A program made the translations under genes and the position numbers. Of a stretch of 64,000 nucleotides of DNA, positions 28,960 through 37,750 are shown one piece after another (position 1 is the stretch's first letter; each line of letters opens with the position of its first letter). The stretch covers positions 18,492 to 82,491 of the forward strand of contig CACXMS010000005.1 of the NCBI GenBank assembly GCA_902768795.1. The letters run 5' to 3'. Under the pieces are notes generated by a model. The model did not search any database, was not told the DNA's origin, and saw nothing but the letters and a program-made list of their open reading frames with translations. The stretch comes from an uncultured Eubacteriales bacterium (GTDB lineage Bacteria; Bacillota; Clostridia; Christensenellales; CAG-138).

Positions 28960-30162
28960 ATGAAGGAAATCAAAGTCAGCGGAAAGCATCTGAAGCTGCG
29001 CGTCGTACTGTTCATCGTCGCGCTTGTCGTCGGACTCAGCGCGTTCGGCGTGGTGTTTTATCAGCTTTCCAACCGGGCGCCGGGCTATTACGAAGTGACC
29101 GCCGTGCGGGACGAGACCGCGCCGACGTACGCGAGCGGGATCCGGTTCTACTGCTATCTGAACGGCAAATCCGGCGTCATTAAATCCGATCTAAAGGAGG
29201 CGGAAACGGTCTATTCCGAATCGCTCGGAAGGATCAGCCGGCTGCTCGACCCGTACACGCAGTACGAGGGGTATGTGAACCTTGCGACGCTGAACCAAAG
29301 CGTCGGCGAACCGGTCGAACTGCCGGAGGAGCTGTACGCGATTCTGACCGAAGCCGCCGCGATGGATGAGCTACGCGCCGGCGTGCTGCACGGATTCTGG
29401 CAGGATTTGTTGTATCTGTCCGACGCGGCCGCGTACGATCCGTCGGTCGAGGAAACGCAGCGGGAGCGGTTTACAAAGCTTGCCGCCGCCGTAAGCGAGC
29501 CGGATTCGGTTCGCCTGGAAATTGTCGACGCGTCGCGCTGCGCGGTGCGCCTTGTGATTTCCGATGCGCTTCGGCGCACGCTGCAGGAGCAGGAGGCGGA
29601 GTATCCCGTCGTTCATCTCGACCTGCTGGGCGAGGCGTACCGGGTGCAGTATGTCGCCCAAAAGCTGATCGCAGCGGGCTTTTTGAAAGGGTATCTTTCG
29701 ACGGACAGCGGCCTGTGGCTGCTGCTTCCCGAAACGGAACGCGCATCGACGTCGATGTACGGGCTGATCGGGGACGCGCCGAAGGAGGCCGCCGCTTTGA
29801 AGCTTGGCAGCGGCAGCGCAGGCGCGATTCTGCGGTCGTTTGCAATCGAGGAAACCGCCGGCTATTATACCGTAAACGCCATTTTGCGGCATCGGTATCT
29901 CGATGCGTCGGGCGAGCCGAACCGGGCGCTGCTTGCGGTCAGCACCGTTTCTCCCGACGGGAATCTTGTCGATGCGGTCCGTCAGGCGCTTCGCCTGTTC
30001 GACGCGCTGCCCGCGGAGGAAGAAACGGCTTTGCGGGAGCTGGACGCAAAAAACGCCCGCGCGGCGATGCTGACGGCGTCCGAGCCGCAGCGCATCCGGG
30101 TCACCGCGTCGATGCGATCGATTCTCACGCCGACAGAGGAAAACGGCTATTTTGCAGAATAA
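28960..30162 (+). CDS. Membrane-anchored hypothetical protein, divergent ApbE-like (FAD:protein FMN transferase fold)?
   Basis: N-terminal TM segment. Loose resemblance to ApbE blocks (LLDPYT..., HLDLLGEAY..., RHRYLDASGEPN), but the GGIAKG-type motif is not conserved. Confidence 0.35.
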   Translation: MKEIKVSGKHLKLRVVLFIVALVVGLSAFGVVFYQLSNRAPGYYEVTAVRDETAPTYASGIRFYCYLNGKSGVIKSDLKEAETVYSESLGRISRLLDPYTQYEGYVNLATLNQSVGEPVELPEELYAILTEAAAMDELRAGVLHGFWQDLLYLSDAAAYDPSVEETQRERFTKLAAAVSEPDSVRLEIVDASRCAVRLVISDALRRTLQEQEAEYPVVHLDLLGEAYRVQYVAQKLIAAGFLKGYLSTDSGLWLLLPETERASTSMYGLIGDAPKEAAALKLGSGSAGAILRSFAIEETAGYYTVNAILRHRYLDASGEPNRALLAVSTVSPDGNLVDAVRQALRLFDALPAEEETALRELDAKNARAAMLTASEPQRIRVTASMRSILTPTEENGYFAE

Positions 30163-30174
30163 TGGGAGAGAGTC

Positions 30175-30678
30175 ATGTATCTGGAAACGGAACGATTGAT
30201 CGTTACGGACTTTACCGAAGACATGGCAATGGACGTACATCTGAACTCGCTGGATGAAGACAACCGGCGGTTCGTGCCGGATGAGGTGTTCGAAACCCTT
30301 GAGGACGCGCAGGAAACGGTGTCCTTTCTGATCGGGCAGTACGGCGGCGAGGAAGGCCCCTATGTGCATCCCGTTCTAAAAAAGAGCGGCGAGAACATCG
30401 GGTATGTCCAGCTGGTGCCGGTTGACGACGGCTGGGAGATCGGATACCACATGGCGAAGCGATACACCGGCAACGGGTATGCGACGGAAGCTGTGCGGGC
30501 GTTCCTTCCGGCGGCGGCAAAGAAAAAGGGCCTCGACCGGATTTGGGGAATCTGCCTTGCGGAGAATAAGGCGTCGGCAAAGGTCATGGAAAAGTGCGGC
30601 TTTGTCAATGTCTTCCGTGGCGTCGGCCCCTATCAGGGCGAGCAGCGCGAGATCATCAAAAACATCTGGTTCGCATAA
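30175..30678 (+). CDS. GNAT-family N-acetyltransferase (RimJ/RimL-like)
   Basis: TERLIV start typical of the subfamily. YTGNGYATEA acetyl-CoA motif. 167 aa. Confidence 0.8.
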   Translation: MYLETERLIVTDFTEDMAMDVHLNSLDEDNRRFVPDEVFETLEDAQETVSFLIGQYGGEEGPYVHPVLKKSGENIGYVQLVPVDDGWEIGYHMAKRYTGNGYATEAVRAFLPAAAKKKGLDRIWGICLAENKASAKVMEKCGFVNVFRGVGPYQGEQREIIKNIWFA

Positions 30679-30730
30679 AGGGGACAGCATATGAAAAAGA
30701 CGGAAAAAATCCGTCTTTTCTTTGATCTTT
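30678..30730. repeat. Short fragment (copy D) of the intergenic repeat family
   Basis: aaaggggacag...gaaaaagacgga-aaaaa-tccgtcttttctttgatc matches box 1 plus the hairpin box of copies A and B. Confidence 0.55.
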
Positions 30731-30770
30731 TGACAAAAATGGTCCGGCGCCTTTGCAGCAGCCCCAGGTA

Positions 30771-31607
30771 TTACGGGATATCGTCGAGAACCGTCTCGGG
30801 CGGGTTCTCAAGCTCCTTCGGATTGCGAAGAAGCTGGTTGAACCGGCGGAACGCGAGCGCGTACTGCGAGCCGTTGCAGATGCGTTCGTCCATGACGATG
30901 CCGATCGGCATCGTGCGGATAAATTCGATCTCGCCCTTTTTGCGGACCGGCGTTTCGCGCGCGTTGCCCATTGCCATGAGCATCGTCGTCGTACCGAAAT
31001 CGTAGACGTGATGGTAGATGTAGTTTGTGCGGATCGAAGCGAGGTTCGTCACGGTCATGGTGCAGTGGAACGGCGACGCGTCGATCACGCCCTTCGGCAG
31101 CAGGCCGTGCTTGTCCATCCACTTGAAAAGATTGACGCCGAGGCGGCAGAGCCCGGGAACGGCGAGCAGCTTGCGGATCAGATCGTCGGTGCTGTTCGTG
31201 TCGCCCTTGGCGCGGTTTTCCTCGATGTAGCGGTCGATCGTCTTCTGCACGTCGAAGATCGTCATGCCGCGGTCGAAATACATCTTGTTCATCGTGCCTT
31301 CGTGCTCGCCGGGTTTGAGAACGACCATGCCGATCGCAACTTCGCTGCGCGCATAGATCGTTTTGTTGACGACAAAGCGGTTGAGGTACGGGAAGTCGCA
31401 GAGCGTGCGGAGAAAAGCCGCGAGAACGACGCCGAGGTGCGAGATCGAAACGCCCTCCTTGCGCTTTTCGTTCAGGTACTTCTGGATCGGCTCGAGCTCG
31501 ATATCGACCTCGGTCATATTCATCGAGTCGCTGCGGCGCGCCATGATGTGCGCGGCAACCTGGTACATCGGCTGGATCGTCTTGACCCGTCTTCCGTCTT
31601 TTCGCAT
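30771..31607 (-). CDS. 2-oxoacid dehydrogenase acyltransferase (E2 catalytic domain / CAT-fold)-like protein, orphan
   Basis: About 278 aa, CAT-fold-like. The expected DHRxxDG position reads DERICNG. AGGAG RBS before the ATG at 31607. Confidence 0.5.
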   Translation of the reverse strand: MRKDGRRVKTIQPMYQVAAHIMARRSDSMNMTEVDIELEPIQKYLNEKRKEGVSISHLGVVLAAFLRTLCDFPYLNRFVVNKTIYARSEVAIGMVVLKPGEHEGTMNKMYFDRGMTIFDVQKTIDRYIEENRAKGDTNSTDDLIRKLLAVPGLCRLGVNLFKWMDKHGLLPKGVIDASPFHCTMTVTNLASIRTNYIYHHVYDFGTTTMLMAMGNARETPVRKKGEIEFIRTMPIGIVMDERICNGSQYALAFRRFNQLLRNPKELENPPETVLDDIP

Positions 31608-31752
31608 ATTCGGTCTCCTTTTTGGATGCTTTCGGTATTTGCGGCGAAGCGTAAAAACTGTTTTACAAAACCGCGTTTGCATGTTATAATATCAAACAAA
31701 CATATCATACCATACGAATGGAAATATTACAAGCGTGGGAGGCTTTTTTAAC

Positions 31753-32499
31753 ATGGATCTCGGCGGCTTTTTAACGCAGGGGGGCTATTTGCTTTCGCAA
31801 TTTTCATTGGTGCAGTATCTGGAGTTTTTTGCGCGGATCCTTGTGGCGTGCGCCTGCGGCGCCGCGATCGGCTTTGAGCGCAGCAAGCGGTTCAAGGAAG
31901 CGGGCATCCGCACGCACATTATCGTCTGCGCGGCGGCGGCGCTGATGATGATCGTATCCAAATACGGCTTTGCGGATCTGACGGATGCGGCGGGAAATAT
32001 GTTTAACGGCACGCACGGCGCGGACCCGTCGCGCGTTGCCGCAGGCATTGTCAGCGGCGTATCGTTTCTCGGCGCGGGCATCATCTTCCGGAACGGCACG
32101 TCGGTCCGCGGTCTGACGACGGCGGCGGGCATCTGGGCGACGGCGGGCATCGGCCTTGCGGTCGGCAGCGGCATGTATATCCTCGGCGTTTTTGCGACGG
32201 TCATTCTGGCGGTTCTGCAGGTGTTCATGCACAAGTTCGTCCTGAGTGCCGACTCGATGATCCCCGGGCAGATCCATTGTACCGTCCTGCATCCCGACGT
32301 GTTCCGCGCGGAGTTCAACCGGTATATCGCCGAAAAGAAAATGCAGATTGTCGCAAGCAAGATCGCGTTCAACGAAGACGGTTCCGCGACATACGATCTG
32401 ACGCTTCGGATGAGCTCCGATTTCACGCTGAACGATCTCAGCGGATTTCTGGAATCGCAGGAAGGCGTTCGGGAAATTCGCTGCGAACTCGGTAAATAA
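31753..32499 (+). CDS. MgtC/SapB-family membrane protein
   Basis: GAAIGFER..., GIRTH..., SFLGAGIIF and LTTAAGIWATAGIGLAVG motifs, plus a C-terminal ACT-like soluble domain. Confidence 0.85.
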   Translation: MDLGGFLTQGGYLLSQFSLVQYLEFFARILVACACGAAIGFERSKRFKEAGIRTHIIVCAAAALMMIVSKYGFADLTDAAGNMFNGTHGADPSRVAAGIVSGVSFLGAGIIFRNGTSVRGLTTAAGIWATAGIGLAVGSGMYILGVFATVILAVLQVFMHKFVLSADSMIPGQIHCTVLHPDVFRAEFNRYIAEKKMQIVASKIAFNEDGSATYDLTLRMSSDFTLNDLSGFLESQEGVREIRCELGK

Positions 32500-32532
32500 T
32501 TCGATTTTTCCTACCTGGGAAAGGGCTTTCCT

Positions 32533-32559
32533 GGGCTTCGGCCTTTGGAAGCCCTTTTT
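32533..32559 (+). terminator. Intrinsic terminator
   Basis: gggcttc-ggcctttg-gaagccc hairpin followed by TTTTT. Confidence 0.65.
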
Positions 32560-32659
32560 GTCGGTTTACCGAAAAATCCTTGTAAGGATGCAAAGCTATG
32601 GGTTGCGAAGCCGACCGGGACGGGATATAATTGAGAGCAATGGAAACGGAGGGAAAAGT

Positions 32660-34090
32660 ATGCAGCTGAAGGTTTCGAATCGGGATCGCATCAAGCGTCT
32701 GACCGAGCTCGCGGTTCTGATTGCGATGGAGATCATCTTTGGGTTTACGCCGCTCGGCACGATCCATGTCGGCCCGGTCGCGGCGACGCTCGCGCATATC
32801 CCGGTCATCGTTGCGGCGATTGTGCTCGGCACCGCCGAGGGCGCGCTTGTGGGATTCGCGTTCGGCCTGGTGAGCTTTTTGTACTGGACGTTTCTCGGCG
32901 CAGCGGACCCGACGGCGATCATGTTCACGCCATTCTGTCAGTTCGGCGAGATTCGCGGCAGCGCATGGAGTCTGCTCATCTGCTTTGTGCCGCGCATTCT
33001 GATCGGCGTCGTTGCGGGCGAGACCTGCCGGCTGATCAAGAAAGCGGGCGGCAGGGACGGCGTCGCGTATGCGGTCGCCGGCGCATTGGGCAGCGCGACG
33101 GCGACAGTGCTCGTCCTCGGCCTGACGTTCCTTCTGATCGGCAGGCAGTATGTTGAGGGATACTCGGTCGCGGCGAAAATTCCCACGCCGGATAACTGGA
33201 TGGTCTGGCTGCTCGGCGGCATCGGCACGGTCGTGCTGACGAACGGCGTCCCCGAACTCGTCGTCGGAGCGCTTGCGGCGGTCGGCGTCGGCTACGCGCT
33301 GCTTCCGCATACGCGCGTCCTCGGCGTGGATATCGGCACGTCGATGACCAAGGTCGCCCTGCTGCGCGGCGATCGCGTGGAATGGACGATCCGCATCGAA
33401 AAGGGCGAGGATCTCGAAGCGGCACTTTCGAAGATGCCGCTCGGACGGATCAAAAAGATCTGCGTCACGGGCGTCGGCGCTTCGTACATCACGGGGAATC
33501 TTTGCGGGATCCCGACCGTGCGCGTCGGGGAGTTTCGCGCGATCGGCAAGGGCGCGCAGCTTCTGACGCAGAAGCGCAACATGGTCGTCTGCAGCGTCGG
33601 CACGGGCACGTCGTTTGTGCGCGTTCTTCCGTTTGCGATCTTCCACATCGGCGGAAGCGGCGTCGGCGGCGGCATGCTGAAGGGCCTCAGCGAGCGCTTG
33701 TTCGGCGCGTACCGGCCGGAGGAAGTGGCCGAGATGGCGCGCGCGGGCAGACTCGAGGAAGCCGATCTGACGCTCGCGGACGTCTGCGAAGGGACAATCT
33801 CGAACCTCAGGCCCGATACGACCGTCGCCAACCTTGCCAAGGCGGGCAGCGCTTCCGACGAGGCGCTGGCGCACGGCCTGTATAACGTCATTTTTCAAAG
33901 CATCGGCGTCATGGCGGCTTTTGCGGCCAAGCATCATTTTGTCCGCACGATCTTCGTGTGCGGCTCGATCCTGGAGCACGGCGCGCTTGCCGAAAGCGCG
34001 CTGGACGGCGTAGCTGCGCTGCACCGCGTACGCTTTGTGTATTCCCCGCGCGCGGCTTACGTTGCCGCGATCGGGGCGGCGCTTCTGTAA
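32660..34090 (+). CDS. Fusion protein: ECF-transporter S component (PanT-like) plus type II pantothenate kinase (CoaW-like)
   Basis: The N-terminal ~210 aa carry 5-6 TM segments of ECF-S type. The C-terminal ~260 aa carry ASKHA kinase motifs (GVDIGTSMTK, SVGTGTSF, GGSGVGGGMLKGL) typical of type II PanK. Confidence 0.7.
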   Translation: MQLKVSNRDRIKRLTELAVLIAMEIIFGFTPLGTIHVGPVAATLAHIPVIVAAIVLGTAEGALVGFAFGLVSFLYWTFLGAADPTAIMFTPFCQFGEIRGSAWSLLICFVPRILIGVVAGETCRLIKKAGGRDGVAYAVAGALGSATATVLVLGLTFLLIGRQYVEGYSVAAKIPTPDNWMVWLLGGIGTVVLTNGVPELVVGALAAVGVGYALLPHTRVLGVDIGTSMTKVALLRGDRVEWTIRIEKGEDLEAALSKMPLGRIKKICVTGVGASYITGNLCGIPTVRVGEFRAIGKGAQLLTQKRNMVVCSVGTGTSFVRVLPFAIFHIGGSGVGGGMLKGLSERLFGAYRPEEVAEMARAGRLEEADLTLADVCEGTISNLRPDTTVANLAKAGSASDEALAHGLYNVIFQSIGVMAAFAAKHHFVRTIFVCGSILEHGALAESALDGVAALHRVRFVYSPRAAYVAAIGAALL

Positions 34091-34148
34091 AATCCAACGC
34101 GCCTTGTTTCTTCCCGGTCCGATCCCGCCGCGGGCGCCCATAGCGCGC

Positions 34149-34175
34149 GCCCGTGCGGCAGGGACGGGCTTTTTC
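34149..34175 (+). terminator. Intrinsic terminator
   Basis: gcccgt-gcggcaggg-acgggc hairpin followed by TTTTT. Confidence 0.55.
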
Positions 34176-34434
34176 TTTCTCTTTTCTTTGTCTTTTTTCT
34201 CTTTTCTTTTTCTTTGTCTTGCTCTGATTTCAGACGGTATCAGACTGAAATCAGACCGGCGGCTTCGGCGCGATGCGGTCGATCTGAGATTCTGTCACTT
34301 TCCGGCTGCCCGTTTCGGTTTCTGTCCCGGTTTTCCGAAAATCACAGAATCGGAAAAGACCTGTCTTCGCCATTCCTGCGCTTTCAGTATAGCGGAAACC
34401 GCACGGATTCGTTTCCCGAAAACAGTTCACATTT

Positions 34435-34989
34435 TCAGGACACCTCGCCGCTTCCGAGCGCGAGCAGATCGTCGTAAAGCGCGTCGAGCAGGCGGCGGAT
34501 CGCGGTTGCGGGGATCGGAACCTTGGGCGGACGGCCGACGCGCGGCAGATGCGGATCGGGCATATAGGGATCCGGAGTTTGGAACCCTTCCTTTTCGAGC
34601 AGGGAGCGCATGCCGTTGATCCGGTCGGGACAGTTTTTCAGCATGGCGCGGTATTTGTTCTGGTAGCGCAGCATGCGGCGCGTATCGCCGCCCGCAAGCG
34701 CCATCGTGCAGGCGCGGACGGACTGTCCTTCCGCTCTTGCGAGCAGGACGGCGCGAATCAGCGCGTCGCTTTCGGAATCCGTGAACGGCGTGAAAAGCGG
34801 CTCGGCGTTTTCGCGCACGCGAAGCTCGGAATAGTAGCGGTTGCGGACGCTGTTCGGACGGCGCGCGGTGGCGTCGGCCACGGACTCGAACGCCGCCTGC
34901 AGGGGCGTATGCGCGCGCCTTGCCTGTTCGACGGCGTTCAGCAGCAGGTTGTCTTCCTCGGCACTCCAGCCGGTATGCGTTCTTTTCAT
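34435..34989 (-). CDS. Myb/SANT-like DNA-binding protein (RsfA-family sporulation regulator-like)
   Basis: GWSAEEDNLLLNAV...RPNSVRNRYY Myb-like repeat. 184 aa. Confidence 0.6.
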   Translation of the reverse strand: MKRTHTGWSAEEDNLLLNAVEQARRAHTPLQAAFESVADATARRPNSVRNRYYSELRVRENAEPLFTPFTDSESDALIRAVLLARAEGQSVRACTMALAGGDTRRMLRYQNKYRAMLKNCPDRINGMRSLLEKEGFQTPDPYMPDPHLPRVGRPPKVPIPATAIRRLLDALYDDLLALGSGEVS

Positions 34990-35196
34990 AGCGTGTTTCC
35001 TTTCTGCTTTGTGATGGCAAGCATTTCCGTTTTCGATCGGATATATACCACTCTATGCGGCCGCTTCCGAAAATAGAAAGATTTCGAACATATCCGCGCG
35101 GCATTTTTGCGCTGCCCGAACGGAAAATGCGCCGATCCTCTTGACAACCGGCGAAAAACCGTACAAACTATAGAAAAAACACGGGGGAGACGGAAA

Positions 35197-35874
35197 ATGA
35201 CCTGGTGGGGGATCCTGATCATCGTGCTCGGCGCGGCGGGCGGATTGATTGCGCTGTATTATCTCGGACGGCGGCTCGTATCGTTTTTCGGCGGCTTTGC
35301 GCGAGGTTTTTTGAACGAGCTTTCCTCGTCTTCGCTGAGCGGAACCGAGCCGGAAAAGCCGCGCTCGCTTTCCTCGCTCGAATCGGTGCTGCTGCCGCGG
35401 GTGCGGCGCGATTTTCCCGAGTACAACGCCGAGCTGGTCGCCGAGCGCGTCCGGCGCGACGCCGCGGCGTACTATCAGAGCGGGATCAATGGCGCGCCCT
35501 GCTTTACGGACGGCGCGGTCACGTCGTTTTTGCAGTCGTTCGCGGCGGCGCTGCCATCGGACGTGAAGGGAGGAATCAAAGTCCACCGCGTTGCGCTGTA
35601 CGGGTACGACGCGTCGGGACAGGATCGGATGCTGACGTATCAGGCGTCGGTCGAATACGCGGACACGGCGGACGCCGTGCGCCAAAAGCGGCTTGTCCTG
35701 AAATACATCGCGGCGTTTTCGGCCGATCCCGCGTCGGACGTCAAGACGTGCAACTGTCCGAACTGCGGCGCGCCGGTGCCGGTCATCGGGAGCAAGAACT
35801 GCCGCTACTGCGGCGCGGCGCTGAAAACGCCCGCCGGACTCGGCTGGATGCTGCTCGACGCGCGGGAGGGATGA
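35197..35874 (+). CDS. Membrane-anchored hypothetical protein with C-terminal zinc ribbon
   Basis: N-terminal TM segment WWGILIIVLGAAGGLIALYYL. CNCPNCG...CRYCG zinc ribbon. GGGGGAG RBS. Confidence 0.55.
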   Translation: MTWWGILIIVLGAAGGLIALYYLGRRLVSFFGGFARGFLNELSSSSLSGTEPEKPRSLSSLESVLLPRVRRDFPEYNAELVAERVRRDAAAYYQSGINGAPCFTDGAVTSFLQSFAAALPSDVKGGIKVHRVALYGYDASGQDRMLTYQASVEYADTADAVRQKRLVLKYIAAFSADPASDVKTCNCPNCGAPVPVIGSKNCRYCGAALKTPAGLGWMLLDAREG

Positions 35875-35955
35875 AAGGGCGCCTGCCGAAAGAATTACTG
35901 CGTAAAAGGAGATCCGCTTCGCTGCAAAATTGCTCGTTTTTTGCCGCGAAGCGGC

Positions 35956-35984
35956 TTGCATTCTGTCCAATAAATGGGTATAAT
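35956..35984 (+). promoter_or_regulatory. Putative promoter of trmO-WYL
   Basis: TTGCAT, 17 nt spacer, TATAAT. Confidence 0.6.
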
Positions 35985-36025
35985 AAAAACGCTTGCCGAA
36001 GGCGGCAAAAGGAGGAGGACGCGCG

Positions 36026-36712
36026 TTGGAGCTGAAGCCGATCGCCTTTTTGCATACCGATTTTCCGACGAAGTTCGGCATTCCGCGGCAGAGCGGGCTT
36101 GCGCCGAGCTTGCGCGCCGAGATCGTCTTCGAGCCGGAATACCGCGACGCGAACGCGCTGCGCGGGCTGGACGGCTTTTCGCATCTGTGGCTGATCTGGG
36201 GCTTTTCGGGCGTTCCGCAGCGGGACGGCTTTTCCCCGATGGTCAAGCCGCCGCGGCTCGGCGGCAACACGCGCATGGGCGTTTTTGCGACGCGCTCGCC
36301 GTTCCGTCCGAACCCGATCGGCTTAAGCTCGGTCAAGCTCGAGGCGATCGAGCCGCGTCCGCAAAAGGGGCTTGTGTTGATCGTTTCCGGCGCGGATCTG
36401 ATGGACGGGACGCCGATCTATGACGTCAAGCCGTATCTGCCGTTTACCGACAGCCATCCGGACGCGAAGGGCGGGTTTTCCGAGGAGCGGCTTTCGTATG
36501 CGCTTGCGGTCGACGCGCCGGAAGAATTGCTTTCGGTCCTTCCCGCCGAAAAACGCGCCGCGCTGATCGAGGCGCTTCGGCAGGATCCGCGTCCCGCGTA
36601 CCGAACGGATCCCGACGAGCGGCATGGGTTTTTCTATGCGGGTTTCGACGTGCGGTTTACGGTTTCTGACGGGACCGCGCATGTGTGCGAGATCGTTCCG
36701 ATGGAGCAATAG
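36026..36712 (+). CDS. trmO: tRNA (N6-threonylcarbamoyladenosine37-N6)-methyltransferase TrmO (YaeB family)
   Basis: FPTKFGIPRQ..., GLDGFSHLWLIW and RPNPIGLS motifs. TTG start at 36026 lies 7 nt after AAAGGAGGAGG; the track ORF starts at TTG 35993. Confidence 0.8.
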   Translation: MELKPIAFLHTDFPTKFGIPRQSGLAPSLRAEIVFEPEYRDANALRGLDGFSHLWLIWGFSGVPQRDGFSPMVKPPRLGGNTRMGVFATRSPFRPNPIGLSSVKLEAIEPRPQKGLVLIVSGADLMDGTPIYDVKPYLPFTDSHPDAKGGFSEERLSYALAVDAPEELLSVLPAEKRAALIEALRQDPRPAYRTDPDERHGFFYAGFDVRFTVSDGTAHVCEIVPMEQ

Positions 36713-36715
36713 GGT

Positions 36716-37699
36716 ATGGCAAAGAGTGAAAATCAAAAACTGAAAATTCTCTATCTGAGGGAGCTGCTTCTGGAGACGGACGAGGACCATCCGATCACGA
36801 TGGATCAGATTCTGATGCGGCTTCGGGAGCGCGGCGTCGACGCGGAGCGCAAGAGCATCTATTCCGATCTCGAGGCGCTGCGCGTGTACGGGATGGATAT
36901 CGGGCTGAAAAAGCTCGGCCGTACGGCGGCGTATTATCTCGGCATGCGGGATTTCGAGGTTGCGGAGCTGAAGCTGCTCGTCGATTCGATCCAGGCGGCC
37001 AAGTTCCTGTCGGAAAAGAAGTCGCTGCAGCTGATCAAAAAGCTCGCCGCGCTTTCGAGCCGCCATGAGCGCGAGCTTCTGAACCGTCAGCTGTACGTGC
37101 TGAACCGCGACAAGTCGCAGAACGAGACGATCTATTACGCGGTCGACGCGATCCATGCCGCGATCGCAAACGACGCGCAGATCCGGTTTCGTTACTGGCA
37201 GTATAACGTGGAAAAGGAACAGGAGCTTCGGCACAACGGGAAGACCTATCAGGTCAGCCCGTTCGCGCTGATCTGGGACGATGAGAACTATTATCTGCTC
37301 GCCTATGACCCGGAGACGGGCATCTGCAAGCATTTCCGTGTCGATAAGATGACGCATATCGCCGTGCGGGACGAACCGCGCGACGGCAAGGAGGTCTTCG
37401 GGCTTCTGAATATGTCCGCTTATACGAAGCGGAATTTCTCGATGTTCGCGGGCAAGGAACAGCTTGTCACGCTGCGCTGCGACAATTCGATGATCGGCGT
37501 GATCATCGACCGTTTCGGGCGCTCGGTGTCCGTCACAAAGCAGGACGACGCGCATTTTTCGGTCAGCGTAAAGATCGCCGTTTCCCCGCAGTTTTTCGGC
37601 TGGCTGTCCTCATTCGAAGGCAAGGTCGTTCCGATCGCCCCGCAGGAGGTGCGGGAGCAGTACCGCGCGCACTTATTCAATGTTCTGGAATCATTGTAA
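36716..37699 (+). CDS. WYL-domain transcriptional regulator (wHTH-WYL-WCX architecture)
   Basis: N-terminal HTH (ITMDQILMRLRERG). WYL core YQVSPFALIWDDENYYLLAYD...HFRVDKM. 327 aa. Starts 4 nt after trmO. Confidence 0.8.
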   Translation: MAKSENQKLKILYLRELLLETDEDHPITMDQILMRLRERGVDAERKSIYSDLEALRVYGMDIGLKKLGRTAAYYLGMRDFEVAELKLLVDSIQAAKFLSEKKSLQLIKKLAALSSRHERELLNRQLYVLNRDKSQNETIYYAVDAIHAAIANDAQIRFRYWQYNVEKEQELRHNGKTYQVSPFALIWDDENYYLLAYDPETGICKHFRVDKMTHIAVRDEPRDGKEVFGLLNMSAYTKRNFSMFAGKEQLVTLRCDNSMIGVIIDRFGRSVSVTKQDDAHFSVSVKIAVSPQFFGWLSSFEGKVVPIAPQEVREQYRAHLFNVLESL

Positions 37700-37708
37700 A
37701 AGCAAAAT

Positions 37709-37741
37709 ACAAAGCCCGAAGCGCGCGCTTCGGGCTTTGTA
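37709..37741. terminator. Bidirectional hairpin terminator
   Basis: caaagcccgaagcg-cg-cgcttcgggctttg. Confidence 0.7.
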
Positions 37742-37750
37742 ACGGTTCGC

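Noticed and set aside
35053-36336. A 427-aa ORF on the minus strand spanning two + strand genes.
   Set aside because: It overlaps the zinc-ribbon membrane protein and trmO. Its composition is R/A/P-rich, and it has no RBS or motifs.
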